Source of the DNA: Chloroflexota bacterium
GTDB taxonomy: Bacteria > Chloroflexota > UBA11872 > VXNJ01
DNA length: 64,000 bases
Assembly: GCA_965261345.1 (NCBI GenBank)
Contig: OZ253449.1
Span: 992,001-1,056,000, forward strand
Direction: 5' to 3'
Made by a program: the position numbers and the translations under genes. Numbering within the stretch: the first letter of the stretch is position 1; each line of letters starts with the position of its first letter. Shown one piece after another: positions 10,014-20,779 of the stretch. The notes beneath the pieces are model-generated. The model did not search any database. It saw nothing but the letters and a program-made list of their open reading frames with translations, and had not been told where the DNA came from.

Positions 10014-11039
10014 ATGAGCATTAATCGCTCCGACCTGATCGACGCGAATTCGAATCTGCGCGGGCGCGACCGACGCATTCTGCCGGGCCGCGATCAGGTA
10101 TTGAAGATGTACCGCCTGATGATGACGATTCGACGCTTCGAGGAAACCGCCGAGGAGATGTTTCTGCAGGCCCGAATGCGGGGAGCGTTGCATTTCTACA
10201 TCGGCGAGGAAGCCTCAGGAGTAGGCGTATGCTCGGCCCTGCTCGACAGCGACTACATCACGTCGACCCACCGCGGTCATGGTCACTGTATTGCCAAGGG
10301 CGGCCGCCTGGACAAGATGATGGCCGAACTGTTTGGCCGCGCCACCGGCTACTGCGGAGGCAAGGGTGGGTCGATGCACATTGCTGACTTAGACATAGGG
10401 ATTTTGGGCGCCAACGGAATCGTCGGCGCCGGCATACCGATTGCGGCCGGGGCCGGACTCGGATCCAAGCTCCGCGGCGAAGACGCGGTGACCGTCAGCT
10501 TCTTTGGCGATGGGGCCGGACCGACCGGGGCATTCCATGAGGGCGTAAATTTCGCCTCGGCGCAAAAGCTCCCGGTCGTTTTCGTATGCGAGAACAACCA
10601 ATACGGGATGGCCACCCGCTCCGACCAGGCCAACGCCGGTCCCAGCATCGCCGGTCGCGGCGACGCCTACGGAATTCCCGGTGTGGTTGTGGACGGACAG
10701 GACGTCATCTCTGTCTACGAAGCAGCATCCGAGGCGGTCGCACGGGCCCGAGCCGGGGCCGGGCCAACGCTGATCGAATCATTTACCTATAGGTACAAGG
10801 GCCACACCGTCCACGACATGGCCGGCTACCGGTCCAAGGAAGAGCTCGAAGAGTGGATGCAACGCGATCCGATATTTCGCTTCCGCCACGAGCTGATCGA
10901 ATATGCCGCCTTGGACGAGGCCGAATTTGAAGCCATTGACGCCGAGGTCGAGGCCGAAGTGTCCAATTCAGTCGAATTTGCCGAAAGCAGTCCATTCCCG
11001 GATGTTTCGACGATCGAAGAAGACGTTTACGCGAGCTAG
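10014..11039 (+). CDS. TPP-dependent dehydrogenase E1 alpha (acetoin/pyruvate dehydrogenase type)
   Basis: STHRGHGH, GKGGSMH, GDG...CENNQY TPP motif, RYKGH. Confidence 0.93.
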   Translation: MSINRSDLIDANSNLRGRDRRILPGRDQVLKMYRLMMTIRRFEETAEEMFLQARMRGALHFYIGEEASGVGVCSALLDSDYITSTHRGHGHCIAKGGRLDKMMAELFGRATGYCGGKGGSMHIADLDIGILGANGIVGAGIPIAAGAGLGSKLRGEDAVTVSFFGDGAGPTGAFHEGVNFASAQKLPVVFVCENNQYGMATRSDQANAGPSIAGRGDAYGIPGVVVDGQDVISVYEAASEAVARARAGAGPTLIESFTYRYKGHTVHDMAGYRSKEELEEWMQRDPIFRFRHELIEYAALDEAEFEAIDAEVEAEVSNSVEFAESSPFPDVSTIEEDVYAS

Positions 11040-11044
11040 TCCCA

Positions 11045-12070
11045 ATGACAATGACCCAAATTGCAAGTGCCGATCCAGCGGTGGCCGCCGACCGCCAGAT
11101 CTATTTCAATCAGGCGCTAAACGAAGCACTCGACGAAGAATTGGCCCGCGATCCACGAGTCTTTTTATTGGGCGAGGAGATAGGCGTCTGGGGCGGGGCC
11201 TACAAGGTAACCGCCGACCTGCTGGAAAGATACGGTCCGCTCAGGATCGTGGACACCCCGATATCTGAAGCGCTAATCGCCGGGGCCGCGGTGGGCGCGG
11301 CAATTACCGGATCACGGCCGGTGGCCGAGTTCATGTACCAGGACTTTATGGGCATCGCGATGGACCAGATCGTCAACCAGGCGGCCAAAAACCGCTATAT
11401 GTTCGGCGGCAAGGCAACCCTCCCGATCGTCTATCGCGCATCGACCGGGGCCGGAGTGGGCAATGCCGCCCAGCACACCCAGAGCCTGGAAGCATGGTTC
11501 GCCCACGTCCCGGGCCTAAAGGTCGTCTGCCCGTCCAACCCATCCGACGCCAAAGGCTTACTCAAATCGGCAATTCGCGACGATAACGTGGTGTGCTTCT
11601 TTGAGCACAAAGCCCTCTACTCAATGCGCGGCCCGGTCCCTGCCGGTGAACACCTGGTCCCTCTGGGCAAAGCCCATGTCGTCCGCAGGGGCGATGCGGC
11701 CACGATCGTTACCTATTCCCGCCAAGTCAATTTCGCGCTGCAGGCCGCCGAACAACTGTCTGATGATGGCATCGAGGTGGAGGTAATCGACCTGCGAACG
11801 CTGTACCCGTTCGACGCCGAGACAATCATCGAGTCAGTGCAAAAGACCAATCGCGCAATGGTGCTTCACGAAGCGGTTCGGTTCGGTGGATTTGGCGGTG
11901 AGATTACCGCCCAGATCCAGGAAAAGGCCTTTGATTGGCTGGACGCCCCGATCAAGCGGTTGGGCGCCAAGCACTCGCCGGTTCCGTTCGCAGAGACGCT
12001 TGAAATGGAATCTTTCCCAAGCGTTGCAATGATCGTGGCCGGGGTCCGCGAATTGATCGCAGGGACTTGA
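11045..12070 (+). CDS. 2-oxoacid/acetoin dehydrogenase E1 beta
   Basis: DTPISE, RPVAEFM, AAQHTQSLE, EVIDLRTL, LDAPIKR. Confidence 0.93.
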   Translation: MTMTQIASADPAVAADRQIYFNQALNEALDEELARDPRVFLLGEEIGVWGGAYKVTADLLERYGPLRIVDTPISEALIAGAAVGAAITGSRPVAEFMYQDFMGIAMDQIVNQAAKNRYMFGGKATLPIVYRASTGAGVGNAAQHTQSLEAWFAHVPGLKVVCPSNPSDAKGLLKSAIRDDNVVCFFEHKALYSMRGPVPAGEHLVPLGKAHVVRRGDAATIVTYSRQVNFALQAAEQLSDDGIEVEVIDLRTLYPFDAETIIESVQKTNRAMVLHEAVRFGGFGGEITAQIQEKAFDWLDAPIKRLGAKHSPVPFAETLEMESFPSVAMIVAGVRELIAGT

Positions 12071-13284
12071 TGGCTACTCCGATCTTGATGCCCCTGATGG
12101 GCATCACCATGGAAGAGGGCATTATCACCCGCTGGTTGGTCGATGATGGCGCCAGCGTGGCCAAAGGCGACGTCGTGCTTGAATTTGAGACTGACAAAAT
12201 CAACGCCGAGGTCGAGGCGCCCGCCGACGGAATTGTGCGGGGAATAACCGCCCTTGCGGGCGAGGCGGTCAAGGTGCAGGGAGTTTGCGCCTGGGTGCTG
12301 GCCGAAGGAGAGCAGCTCCCGAGCGGGATTGCCCCGGTGGCCGATGCGCCGACGCCTGCGACCGCCCCAGCTGAGGCGGTACCATCCCCGGTCTCAACGG
12401 TACCGGCGCCGGTCGCGACCGCTCGCACCGGGCGGTTGTTTGCCTCGCCCTTGGCCCGCCGTATCGCCCGCGACAACCGCATTGACCTTACCGCAATATC
12501 CGGCTCGGGACCGAGCGGGCGAATCGTCGCCGACGATGTGAGGGCAAATATCGTCCGGGCTCCGGCGGACGTCATCCACCCACCGCAACCGGCGATGGTT
12601 CATTCGACCGCGTTGACCGGGCGCCGCAAGGTTATTGCCGAGCGGATGATGACCAGCCTGCAGCAAACGGCCCAGGTGACCCTCAATAGTGAAGTCGACG
12701 CCGGCGAGCTGGTCTCCCTGCGCGCCAAACTGGCCAACCAACACCAGGCCGCACTGGGATTTCGGATTTCATATAACGACCTGTTGGTCCGGATTTGCGC
12801 TCGGGCTCTGCTCGAACACCCGCACATGCAATCGCAGCTGGTTGGCGGCGAACTCACTTCTCCGGCGACGGTCAATATCGGTTTGGCAATCGATGCGCCT
12901 GACGGCCTGGTAGTTCCCAATGTCAAGGATCTCGGCAGCCAGCAGCTGCTCGAGATCGCCAAGGCCTACCGCGAACTTATCGAGACCGCCCAGGCCGGGA
13001 CCCTCAATCTTGAACAGGTCACCGGCGGGACTTTTACGATTTCCAATCTGGGGGCAATGGGTGTGGACAATTTCACCCCGGTTTTGAATCCGCCGGAAGC
13101 GGCGATCCTGGGGGTCGGCCGAATCCTGCAAAAACCAGTCGTTGCCGATGACGGGGCATTGGCGTCGGGAACCCGCCTAGCACTTTCGCTAACTTTTGAC
13201 CACCGCCTAAATGACGGTGCGGCGGCGGCCCGCTTTCTCCAGCGCATCGTCGGACTGATCGAGCAACCTTACCTGCTCATTTAA
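12070..13284 (+). CDS. Dihydrolipoamide acyltransferase E2
   Basis: Lipoyl domain ETDKI, E3-binding ASPLARRIA..GSGPSGRI, catalytic DHRLNDG. Confidence 0.93.
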   Translation: MATPILMPLMGITMEEGIITRWLVDDGASVAKGDVVLEFETDKINAEVEAPADGIVRGITALAGEAVKVQGVCAWVLAEGEQLPSGIAPVADAPTPATAPAEAVPSPVSTVPAPVATARTGRLFASPLARRIARDNRIDLTAISGSGPSGRIVADDVRANIVRAPADVIHPPQPAMVHSTALTGRRKVIAERMMTSLQQTAQVTLNSEVDAGELVSLRAKLANQHQAALGFRISYNDLLVRICARALLEHPHMQSQLVGGELTSPATVNIGLAIDAPDGLVVPNVKDLGSQQLLEIAKAYRELIETAQAGTLNLEQVTGGTFTISNLGAMGVDNFTPVLNPPEAAILGVGRILQKPVVADDGALASGTRLALSLTFDHRLNDGAAAARFLQRIVGLIEQPYLLI

Positions 13285-13414
13285 CCCGTCCGGCGTGCGA
13301 TCGCCAACTTGCCGGCGCGGGAACGCGGGCAATCGGAATTACACTGTTGGCAATCTACGAGTAACCGTTTAAGCGGTCACCACATTCTGGGAATCCGGTT
13401 GAGGAGCAGTTGAG

Positions 13415-14800
13415 ATGGCATCAGATGTATGGACGATGGATCGGCGAAGCCTGTCCTCCAACACCGGTTTTGTACCGCAGACGCTAACGCTGTTCGAAGC
13501 GGCAGGGTTTGAAAAGTTGATCAAGCCTGGCGATGTTGTAGCCATCAAGCTGCACTGTGGCGAATGGAACAATTCCGCCTATCTGCGCCCGGTTTACGCG
13601 CGTGCGGTGGCCGATGAGGTCAAACGCCTGGGTGGCCGCCCCTTCGTGTGCGACACAACCACCATGACCTACGGTCCGAGAGCGGCGCGGGTGATTGCCC
13701 CGGACCTGATGTACACCGCCGAGCGCAACGGCTATTCGTCGGCGACGCTGGGATGCCCGTTCCTCTCGGCCGACGGCTTCAACGGCACCGACGACATTCG
13801 CATACCGCTGCCCGAGGGGTACATCCTCAACGAGGCCTACGTCGCCAAGGCGATCGCTCTGGCAGACGTGCTGATCGCACTCACCCACTTTAAAGGTCAC
13901 CCGATGGGCGTGATCGGCGGGGCAATTAAGAACCTTGGCATCGGTTGCCAGTCCAAGCGCGGCAAATACAACGTTCACCAGGGCGGACACCCGGACTTTG
14001 GATTTGGCGGCCTGGCCGAATGGCATCCCGAAAACGTGACCGAGGGGTTCAAAGACATGGTCCCGGGGATCTGTATCCACGAGGCATATTCGCGCAACAA
14101 CGGCAGCGTCGAATGGCACCCGGAAAAATGCCTTTCTTGTCTTGGGTGTTACGGCACGATGGTGTCGATGGGAGCCTGGACCGCCACCGAAGACAATTCA
14201 CGGGCCTTCAATGCCGCCTGCGCCGACGCCTGCCTGGCGGTCATGAAGGCACTGGATGGAAACGTTGCCTTCCTAAACCTTGGGCTCGACGTTTCGCCCA
14301 AATGTGACTGCCTCGACCATGCCGACCTGCCGGTTACGCCGCACATTGGCGTATTTGCCGGCTACGATCCGGTGGCGCTCGACACCGCGTGCCTGGATAA
14401 GGTGGTCGAGCTGCCGGGGATGCCCGGATCGGCCGCCGAGGATTTCGGGGTTGACGGTGCGGGCGACCGCAAGCTGACAATGGCCGGTTCGATGATTCCC
14501 GGAATCTCCGAGGAAATCCAACTAAACACCGGGGTCAAGAACGGGCTCGGCACCAAAGAATACAACCTGATCCAGGTTGAAGAATCCGACGACGCCGCGC
14601 GTTACGGTTTTTACGACCAACGTCTCGTTGGCGAACGCTACCGCTCCATCTACGCGAAAGAAAATCCATTCCCGGCCGAACGGCACGGCGGGCACGGATT
14701 CGATCGCAAACGTCGCGACGAAGTGGACCTTGACGCCGTGGCTGGCCCGATGGTAACTGAACCATCCGTTCACGCGCACCATCACCACCGGCACGGATAA
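13415..14800 (+). CDS. DUF362 domain Fe-S protein (COG2768-like) with His-rich C-terminus
   Basis: VAIKLHCGE, THFKGH, IKNLGIGC, SPKCDC, DPVALDTAC; ferredoxin-like CLSCLGC; tail HAHHHHRHG. Confidence 0.85.
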   Translation: MASDVWTMDRRSLSSNTGFVPQTLTLFEAAGFEKLIKPGDVVAIKLHCGEWNNSAYLRPVYARAVADEVKRLGGRPFVCDTTTMTYGPRAARVIAPDLMYTAERNGYSSATLGCPFLSADGFNGTDDIRIPLPEGYILNEAYVAKAIALADVLIALTHFKGHPMGVIGGAIKNLGIGCQSKRGKYNVHQGGHPDFGFGGLAEWHPENVTEGFKDMVPGICIHEAYSRNNGSVEWHPEKCLSCLGCYGTMVSMGAWTATEDNSRAFNAACADACLAVMKALDGNVAFLNLGLDVSPKCDCLDHADLPVTPHIGVFAGYDPVALDTACLDKVVELPGMPGSAAEDFGVDGAGDRKLTMAGSMIPGISEEIQLNTGVKNGLGTKEYNLIQVEESDDAARYGFYDQRLVGERYRSIYAKENPFPAERHGGHGFDRKRRDEVDLDAVAGPMVTEPSVHAHHHHRHG

Positions 14801-14839
14801 TCTGCGACTGAGCCCAATAGATAAGGACGAAGATCATCG

Positions 14840-15148
14840 ATGATCCCAAGAGGAGTTCAACAGCTTAGCGAAGCGGCCAAAATCGCCGGCGATTTGGCAA
14901 GTTCCAACGTCGATCAGGCGCTGATTGAGCGGCTTTCGCGCCTAAAAGCTGCGCTTGAGAAAATTGCGGGCGCTCCCCTGGCCCGAAGCGGCTTGGCAGT
15001 ACCGCTGACGGCCCCGATTAACCGCAACGCCAAGAAGCTCCAGCAATGTAGCGGTGACAGCTTCAGCGCCGCCCTGGACTCCCTCGAAAAGGTTGTGGCC
15101 AATTTCGAAAAACGGGCCGGTGGCGCTGGCAACATCGCCATTACCTAA
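14840..15148 (+). CDS. Hypothetical helical protein (102 aa)
   Basis: AAGGA RBS; lies between the DUF362 gene and a strong terminator. Confidence 0.65.
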   Translation: MIPRGVQQLSEAAKIAGDLASSNVDQALIERLSRLKAALEKIAGAPLARSGLAVPLTAPINRNAKKLQQCSGDSFSAALDSLEKVVANFEKRAGGAGNIAIT

Positions 15149-15181
15149 ACGGCGGTCGGCAGTCGTAACCAAGCGGACCCG

Positions 15182-15215
15182 AAACCGCCCGTGCCTTTCG
15201 GCACGGGCGGTTTTT
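15182..15215 (+). terminator. Intrinsic terminator
   Basis: AAACCGCCCGTGCC-TTTC-GGCACGGGCGGTTTTT perfect hairpin with U-tract. Confidence 0.9.
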
Positions 15216-15321
15216 CCTTTCGTCCGACATCCAATTTCGCCATTGGCACGCCTCCCCCACCCCTCCCCTTTTTTTCGACACCCCGGACCACACCCCACCC
15301 CAATCACCGTCAAGAGCTCCC

Positions 15322-15350
15322 TTGGGGACCCCTCGTTAAACGTATATAAT
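15322..15350 (+). promoter_or_regulatory. Sigma70-type promoter of the 16S transcript
   Basis: TTGGGG-17 bp-TATAAT about 200 nt upstream of the 16S gene. Confidence 0.65.
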
Positions 15351-15407
15351 TGCGGGCTCTTGCGAACAAGTCTGGCCTTTCATTTGGTTCCGCTTTTTTC
15401 AGAGCAG

Positions 15408-17188
<1,781 letters not shown>

Positions 17189-17218
17189 TGACCCTTTACA
17201 AGTGAATATGGATGTGCC

Positions 17219-17494
17219 GAGCCGGTCGGGTTGTCGCGCTTAGCGCGAGGAAAGTCCGCACTCCGCAGGGCAGGATAGCGGGTAACGCCCGTCCGCCGTG
17301 AGGCGAGGACCAGTGGAACAGAGACCAATGCCGGATAATGCCGGAGTGAAAAGGCCAAACTCTATTCGGAGCAAGCCCAAGCAGGGATGATGACGCGGCC
17401 CGCCGAGTCCCAGGTAGGGTGCAAGGAATCATCGGGTAACCGGTGATCAAGATAGATGGCAACCGATTACAGAATGCGGCTTATAGACCGGCTC
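17219..17494 (+). ncRNA. rnpB: RNase P RNA (compact type-A-like, 276 nt)
   Basis: P1 GAGCCGGTC/GACCGGCTC, CR-I GAGGAAAGTCC, CR-II AGTGGAACAGAGA, CR-III GTGAAA, GGAGCAAG, CR-IV AGATAGATG, CR-V ACAGAATGCGGCTTAT. Confidence 0.96.
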
Positions 17495-17513
17495 GAATAA
17501 TCCATATTCAGCA

Positions 17514-17588
17514 TGCGGGGTGGAGCAGTGGCAGCTCGTCGGGCTCATAACCCGGAGGTCGTCGGTTCGAATCCGACCCCCGCAACCA
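17514..17588 (+). tRNA. Initiator tRNA-fMet (CAT)
   Basis: Cloverleaf, anticodon arm TCGGG-CTCATAA-CCCGG with three G-C pairs, GGTTCGAATCC T-arm, encoded CCA. Confidence 0.96.
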
Positions 17589-17603
17589 ATAGTGAACGTT
17601 TCT

Positions 17604-17625
17604 CGCTTAGCATCCTCTAAGCGAT
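17604..17625 (+). terminator. Hairpin downstream of the tRNA (possible terminator or processing site)
   Basis: TCGCTTAG-CATCCT-CTAAGCGA; no clear U-tract. Confidence 0.4.
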
Positions 17626-17930
17626 GAATCGTAACTGAAATACGCGCGTTCGCAAATCGATCGCTAACAACGAGCATTCGCCTTTTTAAGTGCCTCCATC
17701 GGGTGCCCGCTTCGATCAAAATTACGGGCCAAACAGGCAGTGGATACGGCGAGCATTCGGATTTCCAATCGCTAACATAAACAGGATGCGCAGCGTGCAG
17801 TTCCAAATATTGGGTTTGTGCGATTTAGCCGCAATTGTTTCTCATCGAAGCGCTGATCGATTCGAGCGCACCTGGGTTGATACGCCAGGCGTACGTTGGA
17901 CGATCCGCAATACAGAAATGTTGGTATGTA

Positions 17931-19055
17931 ATGGGCTCTGATTTCAGCAGCGAAATCGAGCTCCAATCCGGCTTGACCTCCAACGCCGAAAAGAGCGTTT
18001 CGCCCAAAGAATTGCCCGACGGGCAGTGTGATCTTGGCAAACGAATCGACCCAGCTAACAAGCGGCTGCTCAACTGCCTGCGGGTTGATGTCAACCAGCT
18101 GATCCCGCTCAAATACCGGTGGGCCTGGGAGCATTACCTTAACGGGTGCGCCAACCACTGGATGCCCAATGAGGTTTCGATGCAACGGGACATTGAACTG
18201 TGGCGGTCCGATCGCCTAAGCGATGCTGAACGCTTGGTAATCAAGCGAAATTTGGGATTTTTCAGCACCGGCGAGTCGCTGGTCGGCAACAACATCGTGC
18301 TCTCGATCTTTAAGCACATCACCAATTCCGAAGCTCGTCAATACCTGTTAAGGCAGGCATTCGAAGAAGCGCTGCATACCCACTCATTCGTTCACATAGT
18401 GGATTCACTCGGGCTCGATTCGCGCGAGGTATTCAACATGTACCGCGAGGTCGACTCAATCCAGGGTAAAGACGACTTTGTGATGAGCCTTACTCAGGAT
18501 GTGATGGATCCGACATTTAGCACCGATTCGCCCTCCGGCATTCAGCGCTTCATAAAGAACCTGGTCGGCTTCTATGTGGTGATGGAGGGGATCTTCTTCT
18601 ATTCAGGTTTCGTAATGATCCTCTCGTTTCATCGCCGAAACCAGATGACCGGTGTCGGCGAGCAGTTCCAGTACATCATGCGTGATGAAACGATCCACCT
18701 AAATTTCGGGATAGATCTTATAAACACCATCCATGAGGAAAACCCCGAAGCGTGGACGGGTGAACTCGAGAAGGAAATCATCGAGTTGATCAAGGAAGCG
18801 GTGGAGTACGAAGTGGCCTACGCCCACGATTGCCTTCCCTCTGGCGTGCTGGGCCTCAATGCCGACCTGTTCCGCGATTATGTCGAGCACATTGCCGACC
18901 GCCGACTAGAGCGAATCGGCCTCCCGGCCCAATTTGGATCGAAGAATCCATTCCCCTGGATGAGCGAAGTTGTCGACATCCCCAAAGAGAAGAATTTCTT
19001 CGAGACGCGGGTGACCGAATATTCGAGCGCCGGAACGTTGTCCTGGGACGAATGA
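17931..19055 (+). CDS. nrdB: Ribonucleotide reductase R2 (beta) subunit, class Ic (Mn/Fe) signature
   Basis: [60 protein letters not shown]. Confidence 0.95.
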   Translation: MGSDFSSEIELQSGLTSNAEKSVSPKELPDGQCDLGKRIDPANKRLLNCLRVDVNQLIPLKYRWAWEHYLNGCANHWMPNEVSMQRDIELWRSDRLSDAERLVIKRNLGFFSTGESLVGNNIVLSIFKHITNSEARQYLLRQAFEEALHTHSFVHIVDSLGLDSREVFNMYREVDSIQGKDDFVMSLTQDVMDPTFSTDSPSGIQRFIKNLVGFYVVMEGIFFYSGFVMILSFHRRNQMTGVGEQFQYIMRDETIHLNFGIDLINTIHEENPEAWTGELEKEIIELIKEAVEYEVAYAHDCLPSGVLGLNADLFRDYVEHIADRRLERIGLPAQFGSKNPFPWMSEVVDIPKEKNFFETRVTEYSSAGTLSWDE

Positions 19056-19228
19056 CCTGCTAGATAAGTTGATGTTTGCCCCCGGGTGTATATTTGGGTT
19101 GAAGTGGATGCGATAGAAGTTGGGGGTAGCGATGCAGAAATTACATGCCAGGTTGCATCGATGGCAAGTTGACTGGTTAGCGCCTTCTGGTCGATTTATC
19201 AGCTAGAAGGCGTACACCATCGAACTTT

Positions 19229-19261
19229 CGGGGGTCTCCCCTAGCCGGGAAACCCCCGTTT
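19229..19261 (+). terminator. Intrinsic terminator-like hairpin
   Basis: CGGGGGTCTCCC-CTAGCC-GGGAAACCCCCG followed by TTT. Confidence 0.6.
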
Positions 19262-19334
19262 GACGTATCGGAATGGTTCTCGACTCTAGACTTTTGCACG
19301 TTGACCTGATCGATTCCAAAGCAACGAGCCGCAT

Positions 19335-20414
19335 ATGCGTTTAGGCATTTTTTCAATGCCGTTACATCCTCCTGAAAAACCGCTCGCCCAGGCTTTCGCG
19401 GAGGATCTTGCTTGGTTTTCCGAACTGGAGGATAAAGGGTTCGGCGAGACCTGGGCCGGTGAACACATCACCAGCCAGTGGGAGAACTACCCCGCCGTAG
19501 ATCTTTTTCTTGCCTCCCTGGCGCGTGAAACCACGACCATGCGGCTTGGTACCGGGGTAGCGCTGTTGCCATTACACAATCCGGCCGAGGTCGCGTTGCG
19601 GATCGCTTTTTTGGACCACCTGTCCAACGGGAGGGTCAATTTCGGAGTCGGGCCCGGGGGGCTGACAACCGACAAGCCATTCCTAAATGTGGAGGTAGAA
19701 AGAGACGTTTACCTTGACCGCTTCCGTGAATCGCTTGACACGATCATCAAGATCTGGACCCGGCAAGCCCCGTACACGATCGAGGGCAAATACTGGCGGG
19801 TGGACCTTCCGGAAATCTCGCGCGATATCGGGTTGGGTTGGGCGATGCCGCCCCTGCAAAAACCACATCCCCCGATCATGATCCCGGGAGTTTCATATCG
19901 ATCATCGAGTTTGCGCGTGGCCGGTAGGCGCGGGTTGCGCTGCCTTAGCACCAATTTCCTGCCCAACAGTGCGCTGGACGCGCACTGGGCGGAGTATTCG
20001 CAAGGTGCCAGGGATGCCGGAGTGGAGCCGGACCCGGATAAGTGGGGAATCACGCGCGACATCTTTGTGGCCGACAGCGATGCCGAGGCCGAGGACTTCA
20101 TGCTCAATCACGGTCCGGCGGCGGCCTACGATCGCTACATGTTTGATTTGACCAAGCGGTCTGGCAACTTCCACCCCTTCAAGGGTGCCGATCTAGATCG
20201 TCCGGATTCGGACATCACCGCCAAATTCCTCTACGACAACACGTGGATTGCCGGCAGCCCGCAGACGGTGGCCGAAAAAATCAACACAATCCGTGATCAG
20301 GCTGCCCCGTTTGGCGACCTTGTCATGATTGCCCACGACATTACCGACTTTGCTCCCTGGCGCCACTCGGTTGACCTACTGGTCAATGAGGTGCTGCCGA
20401 TGATTGAGCGATAG
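19335..20414 (+). CDS. LLM-class (luciferase-like) flavin-dependent oxidoreductase
   Basis: MRLGIFSMPLHPP, WAGEH, RLGTGV..LPLHNP, LDHLSNGR..FGVGPG, PLQKPHPP. Confidence 0.92.
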   Translation: MRLGIFSMPLHPPEKPLAQAFAEDLAWFSELEDKGFGETWAGEHITSQWENYPAVDLFLASLARETTTMRLGTGVALLPLHNPAEVALRIAFLDHLSNGRVNFGVGPGGLTTDKPFLNVEVERDVYLDRFRESLDTIIKIWTRQAPYTIEGKYWRVDLPEISRDIGLGWAMPPLQKPHPPIMIPGVSYRSSSLRVAGRRGLRCLSTNFLPNSALDAHWAEYSQGARDAGVEPDPDKWGITRDIFVADSDAEAEDFMLNHGPAAAYDRYMFDLTKRSGNFHPFKGADLDRPDSDITAKFLYDNTWIAGSPQTVAEKINTIRDQAAPFGDLVMIAHDITDFAPWRHSVDLLVNEVLPMIER

Positions 20415-20779
20415 TTTCCGCGGGCAGCAATGGTTGGATCCTGCAGCCGCGGATCCCAATTATTCGAGTGCATACAGATTTGGGTTCGTGCGCCGCGCGG
20501 CGCCCAGTCCCGGTTCGGAAGCGGCTGAAGGCACGGGATCTACTAACTTCCAAACTAATGAGCGGTGGCAACGACTGTTGCAGTCCAAACGCACCCGCGA
20601 GCGGTTTGACCTTGCCGGCCAAAGACCGGGCGATGCGAAAATCTTCAGGTGTCCCCGCTCATGAGGGCAAACCTAGTCGGGCGACCCCGCTAACCGCTCC
20701 GGTCGGCGGTGCCAAAAATCGAAGCTGGCTGTAAGAGGGCAACGATTACAACCGTCAACCACGGCTGCTGTGCCTGAAT

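Noticed and set aside
17560-17588. tRNA-Met as integration site of a downstream island
   Set aside because: I found no integrase and no duplicated tRNA 3' end in the window.
17800-17820. NrdR box-like CCAAATATTG upstream of nrdB
   Set aside because: A single imperfect match with no convincing tandem partner.
20404-20664. 86-aa ORF after the LLM gene
   Set aside because: TTG start without RBS and no recognisable domain; at most a decayed fragment.
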